64,000 nucleotides of DNA from Sedimentisphaerales bacterium (GCA_963708075.1 OY970194.1:1504001-1568000); one strand, 5' to 3'. Shown: positions 48,614 to 63,101, counted from the first letter of the stretch. Program-made: numbers and translations. Notes: generated by a model from the letters alone, not told the origin.

Positions 48614-49993
48614 ATGGCAGAGAGATTCGATGTCGTCGTGATCGGGGCTGGGCCGGGTGGATTCAGAGCGGCAAGACGCTGCGCACAGCGAGGGGCTTCC
48701 ACGGCGGTTGTGGAGAAGGAGTTCGTCGGCGGGACGTGTCTCAATTGGGGTTGCATCCCGTCCAAGACGTTACTCGCTTCCGCGCATCTGCTGCTGCGCG
48801 CCCGGCACGCGGCGGACATGGGCATCGACATCCCCTCCGCCACACCGAACTGGGCCAAGATCCAGCAGCGGCGTGAGGCCATCATCATGGGTATCCGCAA
48901 GGGCATGTCCGGCACGATGAAGGCAAACAAAATGACGCACATCGAAGGACGGGCCACGGTCACGGCGCCCGGCCGAATCAGGGTCCAATCGAACGGCCAA
49001 ACCCGTGAGCTGGAGGCGGGCAAAATCATCCTCGCCACGGGGTCCGAGTCCATCGAGCTGCGGAGCATGCCCTTTGACGGTCAGACGATCATCAGCAGCA
49101 AGGAAGCCCTGTCCCTGCCGCAGATTCCGAAATCCATGCTTATCGTCGGCGGCGGCGTGATCGGCTGCGAGATGGCCTGTGCGTACGCCGCGTTCGGCAC
49201 GAAGGTCACGATCGTCGAGGCCTTGGAGAGGTTGCTGCCGATGGAGGATTCCTGGATCAGCCGAATCCTCGAACGGGAGTTCAAGAGCCTCGGCATCGAC
49301 GCCGTTACGGGCCGTAAGGTCATGTCAGTCGATAAGAGCATGTCCCCCACGAAGGTCAACCTGGATAATGGCCAGGTCATCCAAGCAGAGAAGGTCCTGG
49401 TCGCCGTCGGCCGGCGAGCCACGGTCGATAAGGAGACCATCGAGGCCCTGAAATTGGAGATGAACGGACCCCTGATCAAGGTCAACAAGAAGCTGGAGAC
49501 CAATGTGCCCGGCGTGTACGCGCTGGGGGATGCCGTCGGCACGACGTATCTCGCGCACGGGGCGACCGCCGAGGCGGAAGTCGCCGCCGCCAACGCCACG
49601 GGTAACAACGAGGAAATGCAGGACTATTCGCTGATCCCCCGCGTCGTCTTCACATTCCCCGAGGTGGCGTCGGTCGGCAAGACGGAGGAGAAATGCCAGG
49701 CGGCGGGCATGGACATCGCCATCGGCAAGGGCTTCTATCGCGCCAATGGCCGGCCCATCGCGGAGAACGAAACGAACGGCCAATTCCACGCCGTCCGTGA
49801 CAAGAGCATCAACGAGCTCGTCGGCATCAGCATGGTCGGCCATATGGCGACCGAATTCGCCGCCTTTGCCCGGACCTTGCTTGGCACCGTCGAGCCCATC
49901 CGTAAAATTACGTTCCCGCACCCGACGACCTCCGAAACCATCGAAGACGCCGTCCACGAAGCCTTAGGCGAGCTGCTCCTGGAAGAGTGCTGA
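48614..49993 (+). CDS. lpdA: Dihydrolipoyl dehydrogenase
   Basis: GAGPGG, GGTCLNWGCIPSK, ATGS, GGGVIGCE, YALGD, HPTTSE; clustered with lipB/lipA. Confidence 0.92.
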   Translation: MAERFDVVVIGAGPGGFRAARRCAQRGASTAVVEKEFVGGTCLNWGCIPSKTLLASAHLLLRARHAADMGIDIPSATPNWAKIQQRREAIIMGIRKGMSGTMKANKMTHIEGRATVTAPGRIRVQSNGQTRELEAGKIILATGSESIELRSMPFDGQTIISSKEALSLPQIPKSMLIVGGGVIGCEMACAYAAFGTKVTIVEALERLLPMEDSWISRILEREFKSLGIDAVTGRKVMSVDKSMSPTKVNLDNGQVIQAEKVLVAVGRRATVDKETIEALKLEMNGPLIKVNKKLETNVPGVYALGDAVGTTYLAHGATAEAEVAAANATGNNEEMQDYSLIPRVVFTFPEVASVGKTEEKCQAAGMDIAIGKGFYRANGRPIAENETNGQFHAVRDKSINELVGISMVGHMATEFAAFARTLLGTVEPIRKITFPHPTTSETIEDAVHEALGELLLEEC

Positions 49994-50014
49994 AGCTGTG
50001 GTATAATCGGCGGC

Positions 50015-50744
50015 ATGGATCAGACGGTGGACCAACGAGAAGCATGTGCTCTGCGGATTGTCGACTGCGGGCTGGCGGAGTATCGGCGGGTGCTGGAGCT
50101 GCAGGGGCAGTTGCAGGAACAGCGGCGCACCGGGCAGATTGGGGATACCGCGCTGATCGTGGAGCATCCGGCGGTGATTACCCTCGGGGCCCGGAAGACG
50201 GCGAATCGACTTCTGGTGAACGCTGAGGAGTTGGCCCGGCAGGGAATCGATGTTGTGGAGATTCGTCGCGGGGGCGGGGCTACGGCTCACAATCCTGGGC
50301 AGTTGGTGTTCTACCCGATTGTGCATCTGCAGGAGTTGCGGCTGGGGGTCAATGAGTATGTGCGGATGCTGGAGGCCATCGGGATGGAGTTGCTGGCCGG
50401 GCTGGGAGTGGAGAGCGCCAGACGCAAGGGATTCCCAGGCCTTTGGGTCGGGCAGCGGAAGATCGCATCCATTGGCGTGCGGGTCTCACGGTCTGTGACT
50501 TGCCACGGCATGGCCATCAACATTCGGAACGATCTGAGCATTTTCAACTTCGTGGTTCCATGCGGGCTGGACGGTGTCGTGATGACTTCCGCCCGGAAAG
50601 AGAACCGGCAAGGTGTATGACATGAGGCAGGTGAAGGAGCAGTTGACCGGCCTGCTGCATCGATACGTAGGCCGTGCGTCCTCGCACGACCCATCAGAAG
50701 CGGCGAACGGGGACGCTCGCCCTACGGGGACAAAGGAGTCATGA
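50015..50744 (+). CDS. lipB: Lipoyl(octanoyl) transferase (apparent +1 frameshift at ~50603)
   Basis: EHPAVITLG, RGGGATAHNPGQLVFYP, KIASIG, HGMAIN, VPCG; corrected frame KETGKVYDMRQVK ends in TGA overlapping the lipA ATG. Confidence 0.93.
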
Positions 50745-51602
50745 GTCCACAGAAACGAAAACTCCCGCCGTGGCTGAAGCGGCCTTGGCCGGCCGGGCAC
50801 AGCTTTCAGCATACCAGCGAAACGCTGCAGTCGCTGCACCTGGAGACGATCTGCACAAATGCGAACTGCCCGAATCGCGGCGAGTGCTGGGGCCGGGGGA
50901 CGGCGACTGTTCTGATCCTGGGCAACGTCTGCACGCGGAATTGCGGATTCTGCTCCGTGGCGACGGGCAGGCCCGAGCCGCCGGACCCGACGGAGCCGGC
51001 CCGATTAGCCCGGATGGCCGGGCAGATGAACATCAAGTACCTGGTCATTACCAGCGTCAGCCGTGACGATCTGCCGGATGGAGGGGCCGGCCATTTCCGC
51101 GACTGTATCAACGAAGTGAGGCGGCAGTGCCCGTCCATGCGATTCGAGATCCTCACGCCGGATTTCAGGAACTGCCAGGAACAGGCGCTGGATATCCTCA
51201 AGGACGCCCTGCCCTTCGTCTTCGCCCACAACGTCGAGACGGTCCCCTCGCTCTATCCAGTCGCCCGCGCAGGGGGCAACTACAGTCTCTCTCTTCGTCT
51301 GCTCCGACTGGCAAAGGGCCTTGACGGGACTCAGACGAAATCCTCGATCATGCTCGGTCTGGGCGAGAACCGACGAGCAGGTGGAGGGGGTCCTGCGCGA
51401 CCTGCGCAATGCGGGCTGCGACCGCATCACGATCGGCCAGTACCTCAAGCCTGCCAGAGATTCACTCGATGTGGTCGAGTATATCCCACCGGAGAAATTC
51501 GCTTGGTGGAAGAGCCGGGCCATGGAGATCGGCTTCGCCTGGGTCCTGTCTGCGCCATTCGCACGCAGCTCGTATTTTGCGGAGCAGGAAAACGCCCGAT
51601 AA
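50741..51602 (+). CDS. lipA: Lipoyl synthase (apparent +1 frameshift at ~51368)
   Basis: CTNANCPNRGEC, CTRNCGFC, TSVSRDDL, HNVETV, KSSIMLGLGE / next frame TIGQYL...ARSSY. Confidence 0.95.
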
Positions 51603-51823
51603 CGATTCTGCAGAGCGAGCACCCACCGCAATCCTCAACCCCTTGAGAGTCTTCACAGGCACATCGCAGTCCCTTGGACCGTATTGCCGAGGCTATTATC
51701 CATGATTTTCTCTGTCCCATAGCTTGTGCCATTTGGAGGCTGGCGGACTTTTCGTATGCTTTACTTGGACTATCGAAGTTCATGGGCTGTCATCAGTAAC
51801 TCCACTGTTCCGCAGGGGGGAAA

Positions 51824-53236
51824 ATGAAACGGGTCGAGTATCTCCCACATGAGGGCCGCCGGGGCTCTGCGCTGTTGCTTTCACTGGTCTTCATCGTCGT
51901 GTTCTCCGCTATGGCAATTGGCATGGCGAGCATGTCCGGCTCCAATGTTCAAGTGGCAAAGAACCAGCGAATGCTGGACAACACGCGAGGTTGTGCCGAG
52001 TCCGGGCTGGAGGTCCTTCGCTACTGGGTGAGCCGAGTGGAGTTGTCGGGCACGACGGCGCCGGGCCTGCGCTTCCAGCAGTTGGGCACCGCGCTGCAAA
52101 ACACGCTATCTGCGGCGGGCGTCACCAATATCACGCCGGTCTGCGACGGCAATGCGATCACCATCTCCAGCGTGACGCTTGGGTCGAGCAGCAACCAGAG
52201 CTTCACCGCCATGTTCAGCAAGATCAGCGACGATAACGTCCGGCTGGATGTCACGGGCCATTACGGGCCGATCACCAGGACCATCCGCACGAACTATATC
52301 TTCGACACACGGGCCAACAACGTCTTCGACTTCGGCGTCGCCTCCAGAGGTCCAGTCTCCCTGTTCGGCAATATCGATCTCACCGGCTTCAACATCAACG
52401 TCGAGTCGAACGCCTACATCGAATGCGATCCGCTGAGAACCGGCACCTCGCTGGCGCTAACCATCATCGGAAACTCACAGATCGCCGGCTTTGTGGATAT
52501 CGGCTATGCCGGGGCGTATGTCGACATGCAGGGCGGCCAGGCCAAAATCGGGAACATGACCCGTGATGAGGGGGCTGCCCAGCCTCCGTACACTGAGTAC
52601 GGCAAAGGGGGCATTGAATTCCCGGAGATGAGGCCCGATGTGTTCTACAGCTACGCCACCAACGTCCTGAGTCCCACGGCGAACCTCTCCGCGAATGCGA
52701 CGTATGACAATCTGCTCATTCCCCCGGGAAGAAACCCCACCTTCACAGGACACACCACCCTGCGGGGCATCATCTATGTCCAGACCCCGAACATCGTCAC
52801 GTTCTCGGGTGGTGTGAACATCACCGGGATTATTGTGACCAATGGCAGCGAAACTGATAATTCCGGCGCGAACCGGATCTCGTTCACGAGCAGCATAATC
52901 AGCTATCCGGTCAGTCAGTTGCCGCTGGAGCCGCAATTCGCGGGACTCCATGGTGAAACCGGCACGTTCATGATGACACCCGGCTTCAGGGCCACCTTTA
53001 CCGGCGCCTTCGACTCGCTGAGCGGTGTCATCGCCGCCAATGGCATCGAGTTCTCCGGCGGCGCCGGCGGAAACATCAATGGCTCGCTCATCAACTATGC
53101 CAGCAACACGATGGTACTTGGCGGCAACAGTGACCTGCGGTTCAACCGCTCGGGCATAGTGGAGCTGCCGGCCGGCTTCGTGCCTCGAATCATCCTGCGC
53201 TACGACCCGTCCGGGTACTCGGAAGTAACGCTTTGA
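51824..53236 (+). CDS. PilX/Tad-like N-terminal anchored exported protein
   Basis: RRGSALLLSLVFIVVFSAMAIG, AESGLE motif, beta-rich C-terminal region. Confidence 0.8.
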   Translation: MKRVEYLPHEGRRGSALLLSLVFIVVFSAMAIGMASMSGSNVQVAKNQRMLDNTRGCAESGLEVLRYWVSRVELSGTTAPGLRFQQLGTALQNTLSAAGVTNITPVCDGNAITISSVTLGSSSNQSFTAMFSKISDDNVRLDVTGHYGPITRTIRTNYIFDTRANNVFDFGVASRGPVSLFGNIDLTGFNINVESNAYIECDPLRTGTSLALTIIGNSQIAGFVDIGYAGAYVDMQGGQAKIGNMTRDEGAAQPPYTEYGKGGIEFPEMRPDVFYSYATNVLSPTANLSANATYDNLLIPPGRNPTFTGHTTLRGIIYVQTPNIVTFSGGVNITGIIVTNGSETDNSGANRISFTSSIISYPVSQLPLEPQFAGLHGETGTFMMTPGFRATFTGAFDSLSGVIAANGIEFSGGAGGNINGSLINYASNTMVLGGNSDLRFNRSGIVELPAGFVPRIILRYDPSGYSEVTL

Positions 53237-53719
53237 AACTTTGACTGTCTGTTACGAGAAGTCCAAATCGACGAATTGGCATAATAGAAGAGTGTGACAA
53301 TGTCTCATAGGCCTCAACAAAGGAACGGAATCATGCAGAGGGTATCCATGCGAACTCTGGCTCTATTAGTCGAGTTGCTGTTGGCGGTTGCCTCCCATCA
53401 GTACATGGCGATCACCAGGCCCAGCACAGGCGTCATGTGGCTGGCAGGCAACTGCGACACAAGCGAGTATTACCAAGGCGCCACACAGGCTCTGAACTGA
53501 GCCCCTAGGGCACGCCTTCCCATCATCATGCCGGCCGTAACGTCCCGCGCCCACGCGGCAGCGGGCGTTGTCTCACACTCAATCGCACCCACGGCCGGCA
53601 TGCCCTAACTCCACTCCCCCTGAACCATACCGCACGGAATGTGAAAGCATGGGCGAACACAACCGGGCTCGACGCCCATGACGCCCGACACACACCGGCA
53701 GCCGCTTTCTGATTGCCCT

Positions 53720-53748
53720 TTGACAGACGGTCCTGGATATGGTCTAAT
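53720..53748 (+). promoter_or_regulatory. Putative sigma70 promoter of carB
   Basis: TTGACA-17 nt-TCTAAT about 70 nt upstream of the start codon. Confidence 0.6.
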
Positions 53749-53816
53749 CCCGCCGAACTCGAGTGTGGCTTCCAGCAACCTTGATCCAAGGTTTGTCGCA
53801 GACAGGAGAAGACTCA

Positions 53817-57021
<3,205 letters not shown>

Positions 57022-57038
57022 CTGCTGACGCAACGGCA

Positions 57039-57083
57039 GTGGAAGTGCCCGGGATGGCGAAGAGCCAGACTGGGCACTTCCAC
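57039..57083 (+). terminator. Possible stem-loop downstream of carB
   Basis: gtggaagtgccc ... gggcacttccac 12 bp inverted repeat; no strong U-tract. Confidence 0.35.
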
Positions 57084-57199
57084 CCTTGCCTTTCCGATTT
57101 ACCGGTTCGCTGGGATGAACACCATCTCGCAGTCGAGCCATTTCTCATAATCTCCCGACAGATAGCCGGTGACTTTGTTTGACTTCGCATCGCGCAGGC

Positions 57200-57455
57200 G
57201 GTACTTCAGGCCGGGCACCCATCCAGATGACGCATGAGTTCTTCAACTTGCTGTGAAGCCAGGAGTCCCGAGAGTAGATCTGCGACAGCCGCACTGTATT
57301 GTTCGCACTGTGGATTCCTCGCTCATCCCTTTTCACGCCAAGCATCTCCCACAGTTGCCTGTGAGCCCGGCTCAGGCGGCCTGGACGGTCGCATGAGAGA
57401 CCCCGAGTATCTCGGCGATGCTTGCCGTGCGGCGGCCATCTTCGTAAAAGAGCTG
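57200..57455 (-). pseudogene. Relic ECF sigma factor region 4 plus zinc-finger anti-sigma N-terminus
   Basis: LFYEDGRRTASIAEILGVSHATV / RLSRAHRQLWEML, followed by CEQYSAAVADLLSGLL...ELMRHLDGCPA-stop (HxxxCxxC with last Cys codon TGA). Confidence 0.65.
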
Positions 57456-57750
57456 ATCTGTCTGCGCGTCCAACGCAGACTCCTGATTTGCGACTTCCCC
57501 GACTAGGACGAATACCGATGCCCGCCCTGACAGCTTTTTTTCAAGTTGCGAGCAAAATGTAAGTTCCTGCGTATAGAGTATAGCTGAACATGCCCGTGGG
57601 GTGGCAATGCCCAGGTCCGGACAAATTATTGACGATTGAGACCGATTATTGGTTAGGGACAGACGTATTCAGGTGCACGGCGTGCTTGAATCGGGACTTG
57701 GGAAATTGACCGTGAGTGATCACCATCACCAGTAATCGGTAGGTGAGTCG

Positions 57751-60345
57751 ATGGCGAGCTATTTGAAGAACGCAAGACTGCTTGATCAAAACAGACTGAA
57801 TCAGATGGTTCGGGACCGCATGGCCCGGATGAGATCGCGTACCCGTGAGGCCGTGAAACGGCAGGATGACAACGGCGGCACTGACTTGAATCTGCCGGAG
57901 GTCATCGCAATTCTGCCGATCCGCAACACGGTGGCCTTTCCGGGTACGGTGACCCCGCTGGCCGTGGGCCGTGAGTCGAGTAAGGTGCTTCTGGCGGACG
58001 CCGAGCACGAGGAATCACTCGTCGGCCTGCTGACGCAGCGCAAGCCCAACACCGACAAACCTGGCTTTGACGATCTCTACTCCATCGGTACGACTGCCTC
58101 CCTCGTAAAAGTCACGAGGATGCCGCATGGCTCGATCAACGTCTTCGCCTACGGCATTGCTCGCTTCCGAATCGTGGAACGCATTGCCACCAAACCCTAT
58201 CTGAAGGCAAGGATCGAGCTGCTCGACGTCAGAGTCAAGGTTACCAAGCAGCTCCAGGCTTTGATCGTTTCCGTGCGCCGTACGGCTGCCCGTGCGCTGG
58301 CGTTGAGCCCGAACATGCCGGAAGAGGCCGCCGTCATGCTTGAAAATATCGAGGACCCCTCTTCGCTCGCCGATTTTCTGGCGGCCAACCTCAGCATCAA
58401 CGTGGAGCAGAGACAGGAACTGCTCGAAGAGCTCGATCCGGTGGAGCGGCTGGAGAAGGTCTCCGTGATTCTGGCGCACCAGCTCGAGGTCCTCGAATTG
58501 AGCCACAAGATTCAGAGCCGCGTCAAGGAATCCATCGAAAAGAGCCAGCGGGAGTATTTCCTGCAGGAACAACTCAAAGCCATTCAGACGGAGCTGGGCC
58601 AGGGGGACGGTCGGACGGAAGAGTTGAAGGACTTGCGACAGAAGATCCTCAAGGTCAGGATGCCCAAAAAGACGGAGGAGGAAGCCCTGCGAGAGTTGGA
58701 GCGTTTGGGCAAGATCCCTGCGAGTTCCCCTGAATACAGCGTCATACGAACGTACCTCGATTGGGTCTGCGAGCTGCCCTGGTCCGTGCAGACGGAGGAT
58801 CAGCTCGACATTCAAAGGGCGGAGCGCATCCTGAATCGCGACCACTACGACCTGAAAAAGGTCAAGAGGCGGATTCTGGAACTGCTGGCCGTACGAAAGC
58901 TCAATCCACGCGGTAAGAGCCCTATCCTGTGTTTCATCGGGCCGCCCGGGGTCGGAAAGACCTCGCTCGGAAAATCCATTGCCCGCGCCATGGGGCGGGA
59001 GTTCGTGCGCATATCGCTCGGCGGCATCCGGGATGAGGCGGACATCCGCGGCCACCGGCGGACCTACATCGGATCGCTGCCCGGGCGCATCCTCCAGGAA
59101 TTGCGCAAGTGCGGCAGCCGCAATCCCGTCTTTATGTTGGATGAGATGGACAAGATCGGCGCCGATTTCCGAGGCGATCCGGCCAGCGCCCTGCTGGAGG
59201 TGCTCGACCCGGAGCAGAACTATACTTTTTCCGATCATTATCTCGATCAGCCGTTCGACCTGTCGGACGTCATGTTCATCGGGACTGCCAACTACGCCGG
59301 CCGGATTCCGTCCGCCCTGCTCGACCGGATGGAGCTTATCGACCTGCCCGGCTACACGGATTCCGAAAAGCTCAAGATCGCCAAACGCTATCTCGTTCCG
59401 CGCCAGTTGAAGGAGAATGGGCTGAAGAAGACGCAACTGACGATCAAGGACGAGGCGATCTCGTGTATTATCCACGGCTACACGCGTGAAGCGGGCGTGC
59501 GAAATCTGGAACGTCGCATCGCGGCCGTCTGCCGTGCCGTTGCGGCGGATATTGCCAAAGGGACGAAGCGGAACCGGACGATCACCTGCAAGGACCTGCC
59601 GCCTATCCTCGGACCGGCCCATTACGAGTCGGAGGTCGCCCTGCGGACAGGCATCCCGGGCGTGGCCACGGCCCTGGCGTATACCTCCGTTGGCGGCGAG
59701 CTGCTGTTCATCGAATCTGCCGCCGTTCCCGGCCGCGGGCAATTGCAGCTCACCGGCCAGATCGGCAGCGTCATGAAGGAAAGTGCGCATGCCGCCTTTT
59801 CGATCATCCGGTCCAACGCCAAGCGGCTGGGAATCAGAGACGAGTTGCTCACCAAGTTCGACTTTCACATCCATGTGCCGGCGGGCGCTGTGCCGAAGGA
59901 TGGACCCAGTGCGGGCGTCGCCATGTTCACCTCGCTCGTCAGCCTGTTGCTGCAGAGGCCGGCCCGGCCCGATGTGGCCATGACCGGCGAGATCACGCTA
60001 CGAGGCCTTGTCCTGCCCATCGGCGGACTCAAGGAGAAGGTGATCGCCGCCAAGCACGCGGGCATCAAGACGGTCATCGTACCCGAGCGAAACAGGAAAG
60101 ACATCGCCGAGTTGGGCAAGGAAGTCACAAAAGGCCTTCAATTTGCCTATGTCAACAACACTGCCGAGGTCCTTCAGATCGCCCTGGGCAGCGTTGATAA
60201 ACGACCTGACGGCGAAGCTCTCAGCCGGCAATCAGTGAAGGAGGTTCGGCAGGAACAGGCACAGCCACGGGAACGCGATCAGCAGGATCGCCGCAGCGAT
60301 CATGGCCAGCAGGAACGGCATGGACCCCCGGAAAATCGTCTCTAA
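57751..60345 (+). CDS. lon: ATP-dependent protease La
   Basis: LPIRNTVAFPG, QREYFLQEQL, DHYDL, GPPGVGKTSLG, IRGHRRTYIG, PKDGPSAG, GGLKEK. Confidence 0.97.
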   Translation: MASYLKNARLLDQNRLNQMVRDRMARMRSRTREAVKRQDDNGGTDLNLPEVIAILPIRNTVAFPGTVTPLAVGRESSKVLLADAEHEESLVGLLTQRKPNTDKPGFDDLYSIGTTASLVKVTRMPHGSINVFAYGIARFRIVERIATKPYLKARIELLDVRVKVTKQLQALIVSVRRTAARALALSPNMPEEAAVMLENIEDPSSLADFLAANLSINVEQRQELLEELDPVERLEKVSVILAHQLEVLELSHKIQSRVKESIEKSQREYFLQEQLKAIQTELGQGDGRTEELKDLRQKILKVRMPKKTEEEALRELERLGKIPASSPEYSVIRTYLDWVCELPWSVQTEDQLDIQRAERILNRDHYDLKKVKRRILELLAVRKLNPRGKSPILCFIGPPGVGKTSLGKSIARAMGREFVRISLGGIRDEADIRGHRRTYIGSLPGRILQELRKCGSRNPVFMLDEMDKIGADFRGDPASALLEVLDPEQNYTFSDHYLDQPFDLSDVMFIGTANYAGRIPSALLDRMELIDLPGYTDSEKLKIAKRYLVPRQLKENGLKKTQLTIKDEAISCIIHGYTREAGVRNLERRIAAVCRAVAADIAKGTKRNRTITCKDLPPILGPAHYESEVALRTGIPGVATALAYTSVGGELLFIESAAVPGRGQLQLTGQIGSVMKESAHAAFSIIRSNAKRLGIRDELLTKFDFHIHVPAGAVPKDGPSAGVAMFTSLVSLLLQRPARPDVAMTGEITLRGLVLPIGGLKEKVIAAKHAGIKTVIVPERNRKDIAELGKEVTKGLQFAYVNNTAEVLQIALGSVDKRPDGEALSRQSVKEVRQEQAQPRERDQQDRRSDHGQQERHGPPENRL

Positions 60346-61533
60346 GGGCACATCCCGCTCGATCCCGCTGACGACGTATACGCAGACACCCACGGGCGGC
60401 GTGATCGTACCCATTTGGGTGACCAGCACGATCATTACGCCGAACCAGATCGGGTCAAAACCAAGATTCGTGACGACCGGGTAGAAGATCGGGATCGTCA
60501 GCAGGACCAGTGCCAGTGCGTCGACAAAACATCCGGCGATGAGGTAGAACAGCACAATCAGCAGCATGATCGCCCACGGCGGCAGGGGCAAGCCTCCAAG
60601 CCAGGTCGCCAGCTCCATCGGCAGTTGGGTGATGGCCAGGAAACGGCCAAAGACCATCGCGCCGGCCACGATGATCAACACCATGACCGAGGTCCGCAGC
60701 GTCTCCATCAGCGACTGGATGAGTTTGGCAAACCCGAACTTGCGCCGCACCGCAGTGATAACGATCGTGCCGGCGGCGCCGATGGCAGCTCCTTCCGTCG
60801 GGGTGAAGATTCCGACGAACATCCCGCCCATGACGCCCGCAAACAGCAGCATCGTCTCCCATGTGCCGGTGAGCGAAAGGATTTTCGCTTTCCAGGAGGA
60901 GGACGGCGCCGGCGGTCCGAGTTCCGGCCGGCGAACGCACTGAACGTAGATCACGATGCAGAACAGCAACGCCGTCAGAATCCCCGGCACGACCCCCGCG
61001 ATGAACAGCTTACCGATGGACTCCTCGGTCATGATCGCATAGACGATGAAGACGACGCTGGGCGGGATCATCATACCGATAGTCCCCCCCGCCGCCACCG
61101 CCCCACAGCCCAGTTCCATGCTGTACTTGTACCGTTTCATCTCGGGCAGCGCCACCAGAGCCATGGTGGCCGATGTCGCGGGCCCTGAGCCGCAGATGGC
61201 GCCAAACGCCGTGCACGCGCCGACGGTGGCCATGGCCAGCCCGCCCGGCAACGGACCGAGCCAATGGTACGCCGCATCGAACAAACGCCGGCTGATCCCG
61301 CCGTGAAAGGCGACCTGGCCCATTAGCACGAACAGCGGAATCACCGTCAGATTGTATGAGGCGAACGTCTTGTAGAGTTCCGCCGTGACCATGCTCACGG
61401 CCGCATCAGGTGTCACGACGACCGCAAAACCCACGGCCCCCACGATCGCCATGGCGAACGCCACCGGCATGCTGCTGCACAGCAACACGACCAGCGCGAC
61501 GCAACCCACGATGCCAATCTGTTCCGGTGTCAC
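60232..61533 (-). CDS. TRAP transporter large permease (DctM)
   Basis: IPLFVLMG, AGGTIGMMIPPS, FTPTEGAA, DPIWFG, ITPPVG. Confidence 0.95.
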   Translation of the reverse strand: MTPEQIGIVGCVALVVLLCSSMPVAFAMAIVGAVGFAVVVTPDAAVSMVTAELYKTFASYNLTVIPLFVLMGQVAFHGGISRRLFDAAYHWLGPLPGGLAMATVGACTAFGAICGSGPATSATMALVALPEMKRYKYSMELGCGAVAAGGTIGMMIPPSVVFIVYAIMTEESIGKLFIAGVVPGILTALLFCIVIYVQCVRRPELGPPAPSSSWKAKILSLTGTWETMLLFAGVMGGMFVGIFTPTEGAAIGAAGTIVITAVRRKFGFAKLIQSLMETLRTSVMVLIIVAGAMVFGRFLAITQLPMELATWLGGLPLPPWAIMLLIVLFYLIAGCFVDALALVLLTIPIFYPVVTNLGFDPIWFGVMIVLVTQMGTITPPVGVCVYVVSGIERDVPLETIFRGSMPFLLAMIAAAILLIAFPWLCLFLPNLLH

Positions 61534-62042
61534 GGCTTCATCAACTCCTTTTCAGGATGCATAAACAGGTACAGAAGCACCGGGATCATCATGGCCGTGC
61601 ACACCGCCATCCAGTACGGCAGCCAGAACACCGGCCATTGCAGCGTCAGTGTCACCTGGCCGCTCGCCCTGAGTTCCCCCCCGTACTGGATGAACCGCCA
61701 CGTCAGGAAGCCAAACATGAGGATAGAAGCCCCTCGTATGATCGCATCCAGGATGAAGCGGCCTCGGCGAGAGAGCTTCTGGAGGACAAACTCGATGGCG
61801 ACGTGGCCCTTGTACGCTGTCGTGTACGGCAGGGCGCCGGCAATCATGATCGCGCTGAGCAGTTCGACGATGTCATAGGTCCCCTTCAGGGGGTACCCGA
61901 TGCGCCTTCCGACCACGTCCACGCAGGTCACGAGGATCATGATCACAATCGCTATCGCCGCTACTGCGGCCAGGAGATTGACGATCCGGCGCAGGGCAGA
62001 GGTATATCGCCCGTAGAGCCGCCCAAGAGTGGTTGTCTGCAT
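61530..62042 (-). CDS. TRAP transporter small permease (DctQ)
   Basis: Four TM segments, DVVGR, GHVAIE; between dctP and dctM. Confidence 0.92.
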   Translation of the reverse strand: MQTTTLGRLYGRYTSALRRIVNLLAAVAAIAIVIMILVTCVDVVGRRIGYPLKGTYDIVELLSAIMIAGALPYTTAYKGHVAIEFVLQKLSRRGRFILDAIIRGASILMFGFLTWRFIQYGGELRASGQVTLTLQWPVFWLPYWMAVCTAMMIPVLLYLFMHPEKELMKP

Positions 62043-62057
62043 TGACGGTGTTCCTAC

Positions 62058-63101
62058 TTACTGACCCGCGGGCTTCGAGGATTTGGCAATCAGGTCCTGC
62101 GCATCCTTCAGGAATTGCTCGCCCGGCAGCCCCCTCTCCCTGGCGGCGGCCACATAAGCGGCCAAGACCGGCTCGACAGCCGCCTTCCACCGCTGCTGCT
62201 CTTCGGCCGAGAGCGTGATAACCTCCCGCTGCAGACCCTTGACGAACTCACGCCCGTCGGCATCGGCCTTGTCCCACGCCGCGCCACTCTTGCTCACCCA
62301 CTCCCGGCTGACCTCCGTGAACACCTTCTGGATATCCGGCGGCAGTTTCTCCCACTTCTGCTTGTTCATCACGACGAACATCGCCGTCGTGTACCCGACC
62401 GCCGTCGCGTCGGTGACGCAACTGATGACCTCCGCCTGCCTCCAGCCCTTGAGGGTCTCAATGGGACACAGGGTCGCATCGACGACACCCTTCTGCAGGG
62501 ACTCATACGTATCCGGCTGCGGCATCGCCACCGGCGTGCCGCCCAGGGCCTCCACAATCTTCAAAGACAGGCCCGTGCCGCGGACTTTCATGCCCTTCAC
62601 GTCCTCCAGGGTCTTCACGGGTTTCTTGGAGGCCAGCAGCCCCGGCCCGTGCGCATGCAGGTACAATACGTGCGTGTCCGCCATCTCCGCGGGCTTGTAC
62701 TTCTCCACCAACTCCGTGGCCACCCGGGTCGCCACCATGCCGTTCGGATACCCAAGAGGCAAATCCAGGCCTTCCAGCAGAGGGAATCGCCCGCGTGTGT
62801 AGGCCAGGCAGCTCATGCCAAGATCCGAGATGCCGTTCACCACGCCCTCATAGCACTGATCGGAGCGAGTCAACGTCCCGCCCGGATAGGTCTTGATCTT
62901 GACTCGCCCGTTCGTCCGCTTCTCGACCTCCCGGGCCCAGGCGTCGGCCGTGACGCACTGAATGTGCGTCGGCGGAAAGAAAATGCTGTAGGATAGCTCA
63001 ATCACCTTCGGCTGATCCGGCGGTGACTGCTTGCAGCCTGAAAACACCACAAGGAAAGCCATGACAACGAACGCGCACCCAGATACATTCCACCATCTCA
63101 T
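62058..63101 (-). CDS. TRAP transporter substrate-binding protein (DctP), lipoprotein
   Basis: FSGC lipobox, [43 protein letters not shown]. Confidence 0.93.
   Translation of the reverse strand: MRWWNVSGCAFVVMAFLVVFSGCKQSPPDQPKVIELSYSIFFPPTHIQCVTADAWAREVEKRTNGRVKIKTYPGGTLTRSDQCYEGVVNGISDLGMSCLAYTRGRFPLLEGLDLPLGYPNGMVATRVATELVEKYKPAEMADTHVLYLHAHGPGLLASKKPVKTLEDVKGMKVRGTGLSLKIVEALGGTPVAMPQPDTYESLQKGVVDATLCPIETLKGWRQAEVISCVTDATAVGYTTAMFVVMNKQKWEKLPPDIQKVFTEVSREWVSKSGAAWDKADADGREFVKGLQREVITLSAEEQQRWKAAVEPVLAAYVAAARERGLPGEQFLKDAQDLIAKSSKPAGQ

Noticed and set aside
53294..53500. 68 aa ORF upstream of carB
   Set aside because: Short, no recognisable motif; may be a relic but cannot be supported
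57200..57230. Selenocysteine at the TGA of HxxxCxx-stop
   Set aside because: The surrounding region is frameshifted and truncated and no SECIS is evident; decay is the simpler explanation
58015..59874. 619 aa minus-strand ORF
   Set aside because: Antisense shadow of lon
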